Source: Spizellomyces punctatus DAOM BR117 | Lineage: Eukaryota | Strand: one strand, 5' to 3' | NCBI GenBank assembly: GCA_000182565.2 | Contig: KQ257466.1 | DNA: 64,000 nucleotides | In this document: positions 24,982 through 38,212 of the stretch, piece by piece | How the letters are laid out: every line of letters starts with the position of its first letter | Numbering within the stretch: position 1 is the stretch's first letter | Notes under the pieces: generated by a model | Told to the model about the DNA's origin: nothing | What the model saw: only the letters and a program-made list of their open reading frames with translations | Databases searched by the model: none | Made by a program: the position numbers and the translations under genes

Positions 24982-26359
24982 AGAATAGTTACGTGGAACC
25001 GAACATTGATCATTGTCAAAAGGCAGCAGTCAATCAAAAGTTTAATTGCTTGACAATGCAGCGACCGTCGCCAACGTGAGCATTGTGTGTTACGATAATG
25101 GATAACCAGGACAGCACAGCCTCTGCGATGAAAAGGCTTCGCTGCCTTATTGTTGCCTTCTTTTTAAAAAGGTTGGCTGCCTTGACCAGAGTGGCATTAT
25201 AGATTTAATAGTGCAAGTTATACTTGGCTTTTCTTGTCTAGCTACAAAGCGAAATGAAAATAATTTCAAAAGACTTGATTACCTAACATAATGACAAAAG
25301 CTATGACGCGCGTTGATTGGTCCAATCCTTTCACACTAGAACACTTGAAACGGGGCGTTCTGCGCTTTTTTTGGGAACTGTTCTTGAGATGAATTTCCTC
25401 CACGGAACTGCAAAAGTAAAAACAAAAGAAGAAAAGAAAAATAATCTGCTGGGACGATACCAATCAACGCAAGTGGAATTGGCAATAGCCGCTTTTAACT
25501 GTCGTGTGTTTAACTTGCTTTTTCGTAAACAAGCAGCAAAACGGATTCCCTTTTTCTCCTTCCGGGAGACGGCAAGGTTTCTAAGCGTGTGGACATTGTG
25601 GTCGATTGTGAGGCAATTTTTGCTTCGAACGTGAGGCATGCAGTCGTTGATTCCGTCGTCTTGGGATTTTAGCACAATTAGACAAAAAAAAATGCATTTG
25701 TTTTTCCATGACATGTCAATTAGACGTTGTGCATTTCCTAGTCCTTTTTTTCATCTGCAGAGTTAACGGCTGTTGTTTGGCTTGTTGTAAGAGATCCCTC
25801 GGTTTTTTGCACGCAGAGCCGTTCGGAAAATCAATCGATTGATATTGACCGTGGAGATCTTTAACAACATAAACGAGGCTGAAGGGCATGCTTGCTCTTG
25901 ACCGCTTTTTCAAGATAGGGTTTTGACTATCGTCTCCGCGTTCCGAGGATTGTTGTTGATTTGGCAGCGGTTTCTTGTCTTACACAGGAGAAGGAACCAC
26001 GGCAATACGCGGTGTGACCTTGCTTTCGACCTAAAGGAAGTTTAAGCATTTGACCTGCCTGTGTGGGGATTACATAGAGTACCGATTCAGTATTGTTCAC
26101 CCTGTTCTGTGCACTCGAGGAGTTGAACAGGCTTTTACTGGTCAAGGAAGGTTGCCGTGAAAAGTCATTTGTGTATCTGGGACCCTCCATCTTTGTTCGT
26201 GGATCAAGCAGGTCTTTAGCAGATCTGGAGTGCTTGCTGATATCTCAAACCGCCATCTACCTTCTTCCCCCAACATCACTCGACGAACGCTGGCGTTGAC
26301 GACAACAACAGCAACGGAATTCCAACTTATCGATCGCTTGTGAAGGCTTTGCTGCAGAG

Positions 26360-28048
26360 ATGGACCTTATCAGATCTATATCTGTCGCAGCAGCCTCACC
26401 CTCCTTTCCCTCCTTCTCATTTCCCTCAGTACCGTCCACGCCGACGCAGGCAGCGCAAGCGCAAATTCCACCTCCTGCATCACCCTCACCAAAACCACGA
26501 CATGTCCCAACCAAGAAGGCCGCCCTGTAATCGTCTCCCCGAGCCTCTACAATGACACCGCGAGTTTTGATCGCTTTATCACACTTAATTACGACTCCAA
26601 TCCTACGTATATTTCCTCATTCCGAAGTGCCTACGGGTGTCCGCGGTACGAAGGCAAAGGACAGCGATACCATATTAGCTATTACTGCTCTTTGCTGGTA
26701 GAGGCTTCTGCAGCGACATGTGGTTCAAGTCCGGGGAAGCCGCTCTGCCGGGACACGTGTCTTCAGGCTCGCCAGGCCCTCCAAAGCGTTTTTGAGGATA
26801 CGACTGTGTGTGATGCGGGAGGGGACAAACTGAAGGCTAGGACGGATACTTTAAACAGTTACTGGAATTTTTGCGATTCCCTGAAGCTGGAAAGCCTGGG
26901 TGGGCAGTGTGATGCCGGAATGATCCCGATTGAGGTGAATACGTGTGGTATGTATGAGTTGCAAATGATTATGGGAATTAGGAATGCTTCCCTCGTAAGA
27001 GAAATCCTTTTCTCATCAACTTTTCATCTCAGGGTTCTTCACAATCGCCGAAGCCCGAGCGTATTGTGCAGGTTCTGCCACTCGCGGTGATCCCTGTTGC
27101 GCGCGGGTTATTGCAGCAGCAGCAACAGGACCTTCGACCCAGGTCCCGGGCGGAGCACCTCCCAACCCACCAACAAGCAACCCACCCTCGCCAACTGCAG
27201 ACCGTACAGTCATAACTGGTCTCGCAAGCGGGGTGGGAGGCGTCGCGCTTCTGACTGTGAGCGTCCTTGCTCTGCGAAAATATCGTGCTCGTCGGAGAAG
27301 CAGCGATGTTTCGTCAAAGTCTATGACGCAGACTGTTAGCCGTAAACCAAGCGGTCTCACTCTCATCCCAACACATAGGCAAGACGAACGCGTCCTCAAC
27401 TCTACATCGAGCGTTTCCCCGTCTTTTCCCTCTCCTCCTAACTCTGCTCAATACCTTCTCTCATCACCGATATCCTCTTCGTCATCCTCTGCCCGCATGG
27501 GCCCTCCTCCTCAGTTACCCCTCCCAACGATCCCCAGCAATGCGCGATTCAGCATGGACCCGACAAGTGCCATATACGGATCCTCACCACCGCAGGGGTC
27601 ATTAGCTGGAACGACCATTACAAGATCGGTGGCCGGTGATGACCAAAACACGGATATTGGACAAGAACAGGAGTCTGTTGCGGCTAGCGATGGTCAAGAG
27701 CAACCCAAAACGAGGATGAAGGTTTGGGCAGAATATGTACCAGATCTTCGTGACGAGATTCAACTCAAAGTGGGCGACGTGATGGAGATCTATGAAACAT
27801 TCCCTGATGGTTCGTACTCAACGTCATGGACTTTGTTCTTCTCAACAGATTTCTCACTTTTCATTCATTTGACAGGCTGGGCAACGGGTCAAAACCTCAC
27901 CACAGGCACTACTGGTGTCTTCCCGCTGGCGTGCCTCATCACTCCTACTTCGCCGCTCCGAGGCTCTATCACAGCCTTATCAAGACTCTCTGGTCGTGTC
28001 AGCTCGATGGTTCACGGAGGAGGGAATCGGGAAGAAGATGAATCGTGA
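26360..28048 (+). CDS. Type I membrane protein: signal peptide, Cys-rich ectodomain, TM, C-terminal SH3 (apparent 1-nt frameshift near 26395)
   Basis: Ectodomain CITLTKTTTCP...AYGCP...RYHISYYCSLLV...LCRDTC; TM GVGGVALLTVSVLAL-RKYR; SH3 WAEYVPDLRDEIQLKVGD...DGWATG...TGVFPLACL. Introns at about 26948-27032 and 27810-27875. Confidence 0.82.
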
Positions 28049-29129
28049 AAATTGCATGTTTTTTTCAAGATATATAGTCAACTGTTTCGCCTGTGTTTGT
28101 CAATGCCTCATATGTGTGTGAATTAGTATTGGAGTATGAGCTACGGAACAGAGAGATGTGTTCCGGGTGTGTAGAGCTATTACCTTTACGTTGAGAATAA
28201 TAAATAAAGGATTGGTGATACTTGTTAGTTAACTGCTGGTAATCACAGTACTTGTTGTTTAAGACTTTTGGCGTAACAACAAGTTCAATGCTGACTGTTA
28301 ATGAGGCAACCTTGACCACGATCGGCATAAAAGAGGCGCAGGTCGCATGTAAGTTTGAGAAAGCATTCTATGCGGCACCCATTCCATTGTATGCTAATAA
28401 AACCAAGTCGTCTTCGTTTCCCAACAACGTCCAGCCCAGAAGCCTGTCCGATGTTGTCCGATTTCGCTTGTCCGAGACCGTGGGAAAATGATAAACAAAC
28501 GATTCCACCATGGACGCGTTTACATAATCTTGGCTCGCGCGCCGTGTGCGAGGGGAACGAACGCACGCCAGGAGGTCTGCCAGGAGGTGGAAACGACGAC
28601 GATGATTGGGCCTTCATGGCGTGCTCAGAAGAATGACGTACGGACGATACGGAATCTTCCGCCGAGAATTCCCGGATTGCAAAAAAAAAAGCGCAGTCCC
28701 CCAGGGTTATAAAAAGGCGACGTTTCTCGCTCCTCCCCCCATCTCTTCACTCGTCTTCCAATTGCTTTCCTTCTTGTTGGTTGCAAAGGACTGACTGTCG
28801 CGATGGCGGAGCGGCGGCCACGACTCACCGCGGTGGGGGTGTCTCTTGGCTCCGGCCGGAGGAGGGCCTTTGTAAAAAGAAAAGAGCTTGTCTCTTACAA
28901 AAAAAGGATGAAATCAAGGATGAAACTTCACAATGATTTGATGCTCTGAACGCCATGGGTCGCGAGCGTTGAAGCAATTGGAAGTGGGAAGGTATTACTG
29001 CATAACGTTGGATGGGAGACTGTAATCATATCTCCTATTAATTTCCATTTGAGCACAATCGGAACCGACTTGCCACTGCACAATTATTATTTATATAATA
29101 ATCCCCCCCACACACACAACCTACTGGAA

Positions 29130-30857
29130 TCAGACAGATCCGGACTCCTCAGCGGAATGCCTCGGCAAACTCAGTCGCTTCAGTACAGGTACCGGCGGCA
29201 TCAACTCCTCTATATTAATTCGTGACGCCACATTATTTGGATCTCCTCTGAGTGTGCCTTGAAGGGGGTACGCTGACATACTCTTGTTAATATTGGCTTT
29301 GGAGCGGTGGGCGGAGCGTTGGGCGTTATAGTTGCGCCGACGCCGGATGAGTTGGCGGATGAAGACGGCGGTATTTAGCCAGCTATAATCATTGTGTGAG
29401 CTATACTGAATGGTAATGGTGGACATACAGAGTAGGTTCAAACTTACCCAGATGAATTGATACTCATGGCGACCCAGAATGAAAGCCATATAGGCTCCTA
29501 ATAACATATGGTCAAATGCATGTCCCAAACACCCCACCCAAATTCCACAAAGAAAACAAACCTTTTGAAATACCCCTACACCAACCGTATACGCAACAGC
29601 CCCCGAGAACGTCAATACATCCGCCGCAATGAAGTCAATCAACTTGGCCACGATCACTTTATTACGAGAGGACGCCGTGATTCGTCCCGGTGCATCCCCA
29701 TTCGCAACCGAAAACCTCCCCATCGGATCATCCAACGCGGGCTCACTACTCGATTGGGCCTTGTAAGATAACGACTGTTGCTTGTTGGTTTTGTTGGCTT
29801 TGCTCCCTCTTTTCATGGCGTTTTCGACCGCCATGATTTTGCGGTAGACGAGAAAATAGCTATCGTGCATTCAGCTGGATGTTAGTACATGTGCAGAAGG
29901 TTTTGAATGATCCAGGATACTGTACCATGTGGCGGGGACGACGAGAGCAAGAGTACACGGTATAGCGAGGATAAACATGTAGATTCGGCCCTGTTTATAC
30001 CCATTATTATCAACAAGGACCTGAAAACTTTTCTTGAACTGGAGGCATACCACAGACGTCCGCATATCCAAAAAGCACCAATGCACATCCGGCCCAAAAG
30101 CACCGATTGCTGATCCTATCCCATCAAAAAACATTAGTCATCTCATGAACGTTTCAAAACTTTGCATCTCCGCTCTTGTGCTCACCAACAATCGCAAACA
30201 CAGCTCCACAGCCCAAGGACATGGCCCATAAGATCCAATCATAACTTCCGAAATGCATCGTTCGGGAGTGGTAGACGGTTAGGTATATGCTGAGACATGT
30301 TGTTAGTTTTCACGCAATATTGAAACCCGCAACAAAACCTGGGTTAAATACCATATCGAGACAACATTCATCATGCAGATTTCAGCCAATAAGAACCCCT
30401 ATTTGAACCGCATCAGCACTGTCTCCGGCAAAGTCGGCACTTCACTCAACGAACAACAAACTCACCCCCATCAAGGCCCCCAACGTCCGACAAGCAGGTA
30501 AAGCGGGTGGCACACCATCCTTCAACCACATGTACGAATGATCAAAACTATGCGAAACAGACCAACAAATGGCCAGTAGAGCCGTATAAAGAGGGAATCG
30601 TTCTCCAATGGTTTTGTACCGTTTCGTAGCGATACCGTACACAAGCATAAAAAGGGACCCGAATAGCGATACTGTAGGCATTCTTTGAGTGTACGGCTTA
30701 TGCACCGGATGCAAAGCGACGAGGACTTACGAATGATGAGAACGAGGGCTATCCCGTGTATAGCGTGCGAAGCCATTGGAGACGGTTGCATTACACCGGC
30801 TGGAAACTCCCACTCCGTCGTCTCTCGTTTCTCCATATCTATTCTGTCCATATCCAT
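29130..30857 (-). CDS. GPCR-like 7TM receptor (cAMP-receptor/Git3-like), spliced
   Basis: TM segments with ERFPLYTALLAICWSVSHSFDH, CRTLGALMG, GAFGPDVHWCFLD, YFLVYRKI, KVIVAKLIDFIAADVLTF, and a final TM ending WLNTAVFIRQ. Confidence 0.75.
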
Positions 30858-32094
30858 ACAGCTTCTGGGTGTGTGCGTTCGTTGGTATAATCCGTATTAG
30901 AGAAAAAGCCCCACAATAATATACTCGTCAAAGAAAACCCAAGAAACAAAAAAATGAACTATCACCAGGAGTCTGCTAATTAATCTACATATATAGCGTT
31001 GGTTTTATCACACGCTAACAAAAAAAAAAAAACCATCCAGCTGGTCTTGAATATACAAAAACGTCCAGAGCCAAGTTTATCACCAAACAAACAATTTTCA
31101 ACGGCAAATAGTATGCAGGATCCGTATATTTCCGCCTCATTTCAGAATGCAAAAGTCTTGCTTATTCCAAGAATAGTTACATGATGCGATGGGCATTCAA
31201 CAAGCTGTCCGTAAACAAAGGGATCTACGATTTTAAGCCAACTTACCACGGTACATTGAGATCGTGGCTTTTCCCTCATTAACATGAGATTGCAAGGGCA
31301 TAACTAAACGTAAATGTGTTGAATTCCAGAAACGATGATATGGCCAGTGATATATAGTTAACATTCACATGCACCGGACGACACCCACATGAAACATTCA
31401 TGTGTTATTCCAGTCGACATTGCGTCAAGCTTTGTTAGCAAAGATGTTTGTTTTTTGTACCAAAAAACTCGGCTTGGCAGCGGAGCAAAAAAACAAGGAT
31501 TTTTGCATGTGCTGACGACCCTCGAAGAAAGAGCTCCGATTCCGACTTTGCGTGCAGGCCATCAACAATAGTTACCGCAAGCAGGCAGAGCGGAAAGCGT
31601 AAAACTCCTCGATCCAAAAGAGTTCAAACATGTGTTCGTTGTGATTTTTAATGACAACACGACAGAGCAGCACATGTCGCCACTGATAGATCAACGAGAG
31701 CAAGTCTTGATCTTTCCGCCGTTTCCCTCACACTCTCTCATGAAAAATGGAAAGAGCGGAAAATATAGCGGAGTTATTCATTCAAAGCCAGCATGGACAT
31801 AGTTGATAAGTAAACTACTATATTGAAAGAGAGACAAACCGACAAAATGATGCTATAATGCAAGAGCTATAATACAAAAACCCACCACACACATCAACTA
31901 ACCCGCATGTTGCGAAAGAATAAAGGTCTCCCAAAGAGAGCTAGCACACCTACTTACATACATGCACTATTAAAACCAGCTAGTGCATAATACGTCGACG
32001 GAACGGAGACATTGCATATAAATAAGCAGATCGAGAGACATGAAACAGTCAATTATCAAACAGGGTGAGGTAACGTGGAAGCGCGGGATGTTGC

Positions 32095-33901
32095 TTAATC
32101 GTCGTTGTTGAAGACAGTCTTTTTACCGCTGCCGCTGGGGAACTGAGGCTTGAAACCGCCACGTGCACCACCTGAAAGAGCACTACGCTTGAGAATCTTG
32201 CGAAAAATATCCAGATTACGAAAGCAGTTCTTACCTCGGCCACCACGACCGCCAAAGCCACCTCGGCCATTGCCACGACCACCTCGGCCACCACGACCAC
32301 CACGATCGCCAAAGCCACCTCGGCCACCTCGGCCACCACGCCCACCACGCCCACCGAAACCACCAGAGTTGCCATTACCACCTTCGGGTCTCGGGCCAGC
32401 ATAGTCGATGCGAAGGTTACGGCCCTCAAGCTCGACGCCGTTCAAAGCCTCAAGAGCGGCGGTGGCAGTTTCCACGTCGGCAAACTCAACGTAACCAAAA
32501 CTAAACGAAGCATCGCCCATCAGTGAGATGCCAACCAAAAGTAAGACCATGGTGGTACCTACCCTTTTGGGTTTCCAGTGTCCCTGTCCGTTGGCAAGCG
32601 AATGTGAACGACTTCACCGTGTTCGGTAAAGGCATCACGCACAATGTCATCCGTAACGCTGAAGCTGAGGTTACCAATGAAAAGGGTGGAAGCGGGAGTA
32701 GAGGCGGGTTTCTCGACACGACCTCTTCCACGGCCGTTGTCACCGTCCTTGTTTGCCGGACGGGGTGTAGAAATGTCTACCCTGATGGTTCGGCCATCGA
32801 GCTCGGTGTTGTTCCATTCGCATGCTTTCTTGGCAGCCTCAGGAGTGGTGAATTCAATGTAACCAAATCTGTGTAGATATAAATTAGCATCTAACTGAGA
32901 CGAACTAGAGACCTAGTTGAAATGCGTACCCTTTGGACTTGCCAGTTGCCTTGTCCGTAATAATACGGACACTGGTAATCTCGCCACATTCGGCGAACGC
33001 TTCCTTGATGCTTTCCTCAGTGGAACCCCAGGACAAACCTCCAAGGAACACAGTGGTGGATTCATCAGATGCCTCTTCTGTTGCAACGGCACCATTCTCA
33101 GTCTTGGCTTTCTTTGCGGCCTGCTTGGGTGCGTCGGCATCGGCGGCGCGCTTTTTGGGCTTTTCCTCTTCCTCCTCTTCCTCATCTTCTTCAGAGCTCT
33201 CCTCTTCACTGCTGCTGTCATCAGACTTTGTCTTCTTGGCAGGGCTTTCTTCCTCGTCATCGTCCTCGCTGCTTTCTTCTTCCGAGCTCTCCTCAACGTC
33301 AGCCTCACGTTTTCTCTTGTCACCAGCAACAGGCTTCTCATCTTCCTCATCTTCAGAAGACTCCTCGTCCGACGACTCGGCAGCCTTCTTAGCCTTGGCA
33401 GCCTCCTTCTTGACAGTCTCCTTGGCTTCCTCTTCTTCAGAGTCCGAATCCGTCTCATCCTTGGCGGGAGTGAGTTTCTTTGCTTGGCCAGTAGGCTTTC
33501 CGTTTGTCTTTGCAGTCACCTTTACCTCATTGACTGCACCCTTGGCTTCCTCTTCATCCGATGACGAGTCCTCGTCACTACTCTCCTCCTCACTGGAAGA
33601 CTCTTCCTTCTTAGCAGCAGCCTTTTTGGGCGTAGGTGCAGCCTTCTTGGGAACTTCCTCCTCCTCAGACTCTTCTTCTGAAGAAGAGTCAGAGTCAGAC
33701 TCGACGGGCTTGGCAACCACCTTCTTCACCTAATTTTTTTCCAATGAATACATGACAATATTACAACCGTCTGCAGTCGAACTGTACCTCCTCGTCCTTC
33801 TTCTTCTGGACTGCCTTCTGGGCAGCCTTGCCGTTGGCCTTGCCATTAGCCTTGGGCGACTTGCCATTGGACTTGGCAACCTTGGTTTCTTTCTTGGCCA
33901 T
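32095..33901 (-). CDS. NSR1: Nucleolin-like protein (Nsr1/Gar2): acidic/Ser-Lys N-terminus, two RRMs, RGG tail
   Basis: TVFLGGLSW...TGKSKGFGYIEF (RRM1), TLFIGNLSF...KGFGYVEF (RRM2), GGRGGRGG repeats, C-terminal GKKTVFNNDD. Four short introns. Confidence 0.93.
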
Positions 33902-34038
33902 ATTTGTTTGAGTGAGGGAGGTAAGAAGAAAACAAGTAGGGAAAAAGGTCGACGGGGGGGATAAGCGCGCGTTTTGATGGCCAAACGCACAAAAAACAAA
34001 AAAACCGACTCGACTGAAAAGGAAAAATGACGAGGCGC

Positions 34039-34048
34039 AGCTCATCTC
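34039..34048 (-). promoter_or_regulatory. PAC-like element GAGATGAGCT about 140 bp upstream of NSR1
   Basis: Matches the yeast PAC consensus GMGATGAG upstream of a ribosome-biogenesis gene. An A-rich TGAAAAGGAAAAA lies nearby. Confidence 0.35.
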
Positions 34049-34685
34049 AGCCAATCAACTGTGAGTATGCTTACGAAAGACATTTTGCCACATGCGCCAC
34101 ATACTTTTTCTATAAGTAACTTTTGCAACTTGTTTGAATTTTGTTTTCTTTATCGTTCAACCGCGTTCCTTTGGCAAGGGCAGGATTCAAAGTCTTCGTT
34201 TCTCCATTTTTATGGAGAGGATGGCTTGCATGGTCCATGTCCGTGCTGGGAACATTTGCGAAGAGTGTGTGCGTCCCACTGTATCTCTGGCCTTTTTTGA
34301 ACCAGTGGGGAGGTCGGTCGAATGATGGGATACATTTCTAGAGTAAAGCATAGGCGACGACATTGGCAATGACAGATTCAAGAGTGGAAATGGAATGTAG
34401 CCATTCTACAACATTTGTAATTGTCATGCAAACACGAGCCAGACTCACCATACAAATGTCCAAGTCTCTGCAAACGACGTTATAGTTGGACATCATTGTA
34501 AACGTGGAGAATGTCAAGGACACAAATCCACTTTCCATTCACAAGGAAGTGGACCAGCAACAGTCACGTACATACAGCATGCAAACATGCCAAATAAACT
34601 CTGCAAAAACTTGCACGGGTGCGTATCAAGTCAATTACTACCATAATAAAGTTAAACCCAAAAAGCACACACAATTACAATTACA

Positions 34686-37529
34686 TTAGGCCCCTTTGGC
34701 CAACTCCCCTAATACTCCCGCAAGCCCTTTTGCAAATCGTCGATCACTCACCATCTTTTGAGCTAGCCCTCCCTCAAAAGGCGCAAAAAGTGCTTTATTC
34801 TCTGGTACGCGCGCCAAGTTCCGTAGTACGAGCATCGCGGTCAGTGGGATGCCGTTGAGATCGTCCTCAGCGGAGGATGAAGGTTGGCTAGATGGTAGAG
34901 ACGGCTGGTGGCCCACGGTGAAGGATTCAGCGGGCGGTTGGGAGGTGGTTTGATGCGAGCCGAGGTGCGTTACAATGTGCTTGAGAGCTCTTGGGCGGGA
35001 TTTGCAAATTTGGTCGCCGTCTCCGCGCCATGTGCAGCCTTTCCATTCGCAGGTGTAAGTCTCTTGGCCAGGGACCAGGTGCTCTTTTTGAAGGTGGTCA
35101 AAGAGGTCCTGAAGATTATGAACAGTTGTGTGGCATCCAGGTGAGGAATGCGATGCGCCCCACCAGCACCGGAGGACAGGTACCGCCGGGTTTGAGACTG
35201 CAGGTTGTGAAAGGACTGGCTGGGTCGTGACTAGGGTGGAAGGGGCGAGCGAGCCAGTTGTTGGAGCAAAGGTACCCAATGTCGCCATTTGCGGATGGGC
35301 AGTATACGTTCCTGGCACGCTGCCTGGCACAGGATAGGATATCCCCGACATCGTCAATGAGTGGGCCGGTGCTGAAGACGCGATAGCTGGTTGAGCAGAT
35401 ACCGACGCTGGCCAGTCGGCCGATCTTGCATTTGCTCCCCCCAAAGACAATATACCGCCGTCCGACGAGGACACTCCATTAACAGCAATTACATTCCCCT
35501 GTTGATTCGCATTATAAGATGTCGTCCCATTTGGTCCATTGGTCAATCCATTTGCAGAACCAGCTGCTTTCGACAAGCCAACAGGACCAGCTGATGAGGC
35601 AGGTGCAGACGACATGCCCACGCCCGACTGCGGTGGACCCGCTCCGACTCCTGGCACAGGCCGCTTGTGCGAAAATCCTTGCCAAGACAAAAACTTGATA
35701 AAGAGCTTCAGAACATTGAACGGTGCCGCTTCCGAAATCCGTAACGCCGCATCAGATCCCAAGCTCGAGTACTCGTAAAACCAATCCAACACAGCATTCA
35801 CTAATTCTTCATCCGGGACCAGTAACAGTTGCAGAAACCTCTGCACGACAGCAGTCGTGTCCACCTGCTTTAAGATCTTGGCGTTCGCTTCTGTACTGCA
35901 GAATCGCGTCAACGTTCGAGTACAGCTGATAATCACGGCGCGATCATTGTCAAATAGGTTTTGATGTAGACATGCGAGATAAAAGTCGTTCGGGCCTTGC
36001 AGCGTCAGGTACGGTGTGAGATTGTCCAATAAATCTAGACTATGATGCTTAATCTGGACATAATATGAAGTCGTTGGGAGCGCAATGCCTTTCGCAAGGT
36101 ACGTCAACAGCACATAGTTTTTGCCAAAATGCATGGCATTATCCGGCCAAAAAGACAAATTTCTCAATATATGCAGCACCTGCAGCACGCGCTCCAAAAG
36201 CGTCGACATGCCCTCATCGTAAAACATGCTAACGCTTGAGATGGGGGGTATCGCTTTGGGATTGTCCACAGTATGTGTTTCAATCACGCCTCCACTCTTC
36301 TTGATAACCAGCTCGTCGAAAAGGGGCGCGGCATGATCCAGTATGGCTTCAAACATACCGGGAATAATACCAACGTAAAAATTCTTTGTATATGAGAGCT
36401 TTACCAGCTTGGTAAACGCCCAGTCAACTTCGTTTGGTAATGTTGATGTAAGCGCAAGTGTCAGGCGATTCTTCCAAGCTCCGTATAAATATTTTTCTGT
36501 AATTTCAGCTATGAGTTATAAAACCTTGTGTGATTGGGTTCGTCGAATTCTTACCATCCTGTCCATTATCATCCGGGTTGACCAATACTAACGAGGACGC
36601 AGAGACTGGATGTGGTACAGGTGCAGGTGTCGGTGCGGGCACAGGCACATGCACAGGCTTAGAGATCATCGTCGGCTGAGGTGTTGGTGGTTGCAGAGGC
36701 TGTAGAAGCTGCTGATGAGATGCCACAGCAGCAGCAGCATTGAGGTTGGCCTCTGCCATTAGTCTCAAACGCTTATGAAGCGGTTCATCCGGTGCTATAT
36801 TTAAGACAAAAAAAAGAAATAAGCAAATGAAAATCCGCAGTCACATCCCAACGATTCTTACCAAAACTTCGTACCCGTGCCACAGGAGGAGTAACAGGGG
36901 TAGGTGTACTCAAGCCAACACTCTGTATCCGTCTTCTCCGGCCCTCTGGCGAGCCTGGCGCAGACTCTTCCCCAGCATTTGAAATCTGGTCAAATGGCCG
37001 CTTCTGCTGCATTATAACATTGATCGGCTTCCCAAACATGTGCACCTGTTCCCAATTGTACAGGTACTTTTGGTATAGGTTCTTGACAACGTAGGCGGCA
37101 TTTGTGCAGGTTGCAGGGAGATTGAATGGGTCCGTTACTTTCTTCCAGCCTCGCGCGGCTGTGACCTGAGTGTCAAAAGATGAGCATGTGCCTGTTCCAT
37201 CATTGCGAGAAAAAGATCTTACCTGTTCGTAACCACCTGCTTCAACTACCCATCTATATATACGATACAGATCCAATCTCTTTCCGCCCAGTACGGGTTC
37301 CCTTTGCAATGATACCCTGCAAAAGCAGCCACCAAAAAAGAATAAGGAATACATACAGATATCAACAAGCGTAGAGAAACGAAAAAGCTCACCCCTGCGC
37401 TCGATTGAAATCCTCCAACTGCTTCATAAACTGCTCATACTCTGGCGTTCGTTCGATGGCATCCTCATATTCAGCTTTTGCGCGCGGCCTGCCCAGAGAT
37501 CGAAACGGTGTACCTGGATTCGACATCAT
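34686..37529 (-). CDS. ARID-domain chromatin-remodelling subunit, Rsc9/ARID2-like, spliced
   Basis: ARID: EPVLGGKRLDLYRIYRWVVEAGGYEQV...GWKKV...YQKYLYNWE. Also NRLTLALTSTLPNEVDWAF, LQVLHILRNLSF, C2H2-like CWW...HLQKEH and CEWKGC...HIVTH, and GIPLTAMLVLRNLAR. Confidence 0.88.
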
Positions 37530-38212
37530 GGTGAAAGACGGATGTGATCGCGTCCGCTCAGATCAAAGCTCTAGGACCTCTAAAAAAATAGCGGTGAAAC
37601 GAGAGGTGAAAGCATCTTGTTTTAGTGCTCTGAATCTCTGCCACTGCGGGCTTTGTGTCCGAGGAACACGACGCCTGCCTACCAAGTACTCGCCAATGGT
37701 TCAGCAAACAGCGGTGACGCGCGCAAATACGGACGGCTATGTTGCTCTGTGCGCCGCAGTCGCGAGTCTATCCCGTTTATATCAACGTCATCAAGGTCCT
37801 TGTCGACAGCACTTCCTCGTCCCTTGCCAGCAATAACTCGTGCAAGAAAAAAAAAACACACACACAAACACACACAAAAAAAACCTCCACGGCGTACCAA
37901 GGGGGGAAAGGCCGTCGAGTATTTTGATCAACTTCTGCGTTGCCCTTTCGAGTTCTCGTCTTTCTCTCACCTTCCAAATCAGGTAAATCACATTGCGTAA
38001 TCTTTCTAGCGACTAAGCACGCTGTTGAAAACTCCGCACTTTTTCACATTGGCTTTCATGCAGAAATTTGGACAAACAATGTGCTTTTGTATAGAAATAT
38101 TAATCTATTCTATTTACATTATTTCCATACCCTGCTAGCAATCAAATGGCAAATTAAACAAGAAAATGACTGAAGTGGCAATGCAAAAGCGAAAAAAAAA
38201 ATGCACCCTAAT

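Noticed and set aside
32917-33733. Long antisense ORFs over NSR1 (similar cases at 4075-4650, 41740-42303, 52511-53383)
   Set aside because: Shadow ORFs caused by low-complexity coding sequence on the opposite strand.
32100-33800. Possible intronic snoRNAs in NSR1
   Set aside because: The introns are only about 60 nt and show no C/D or H/ACA box arrangement.
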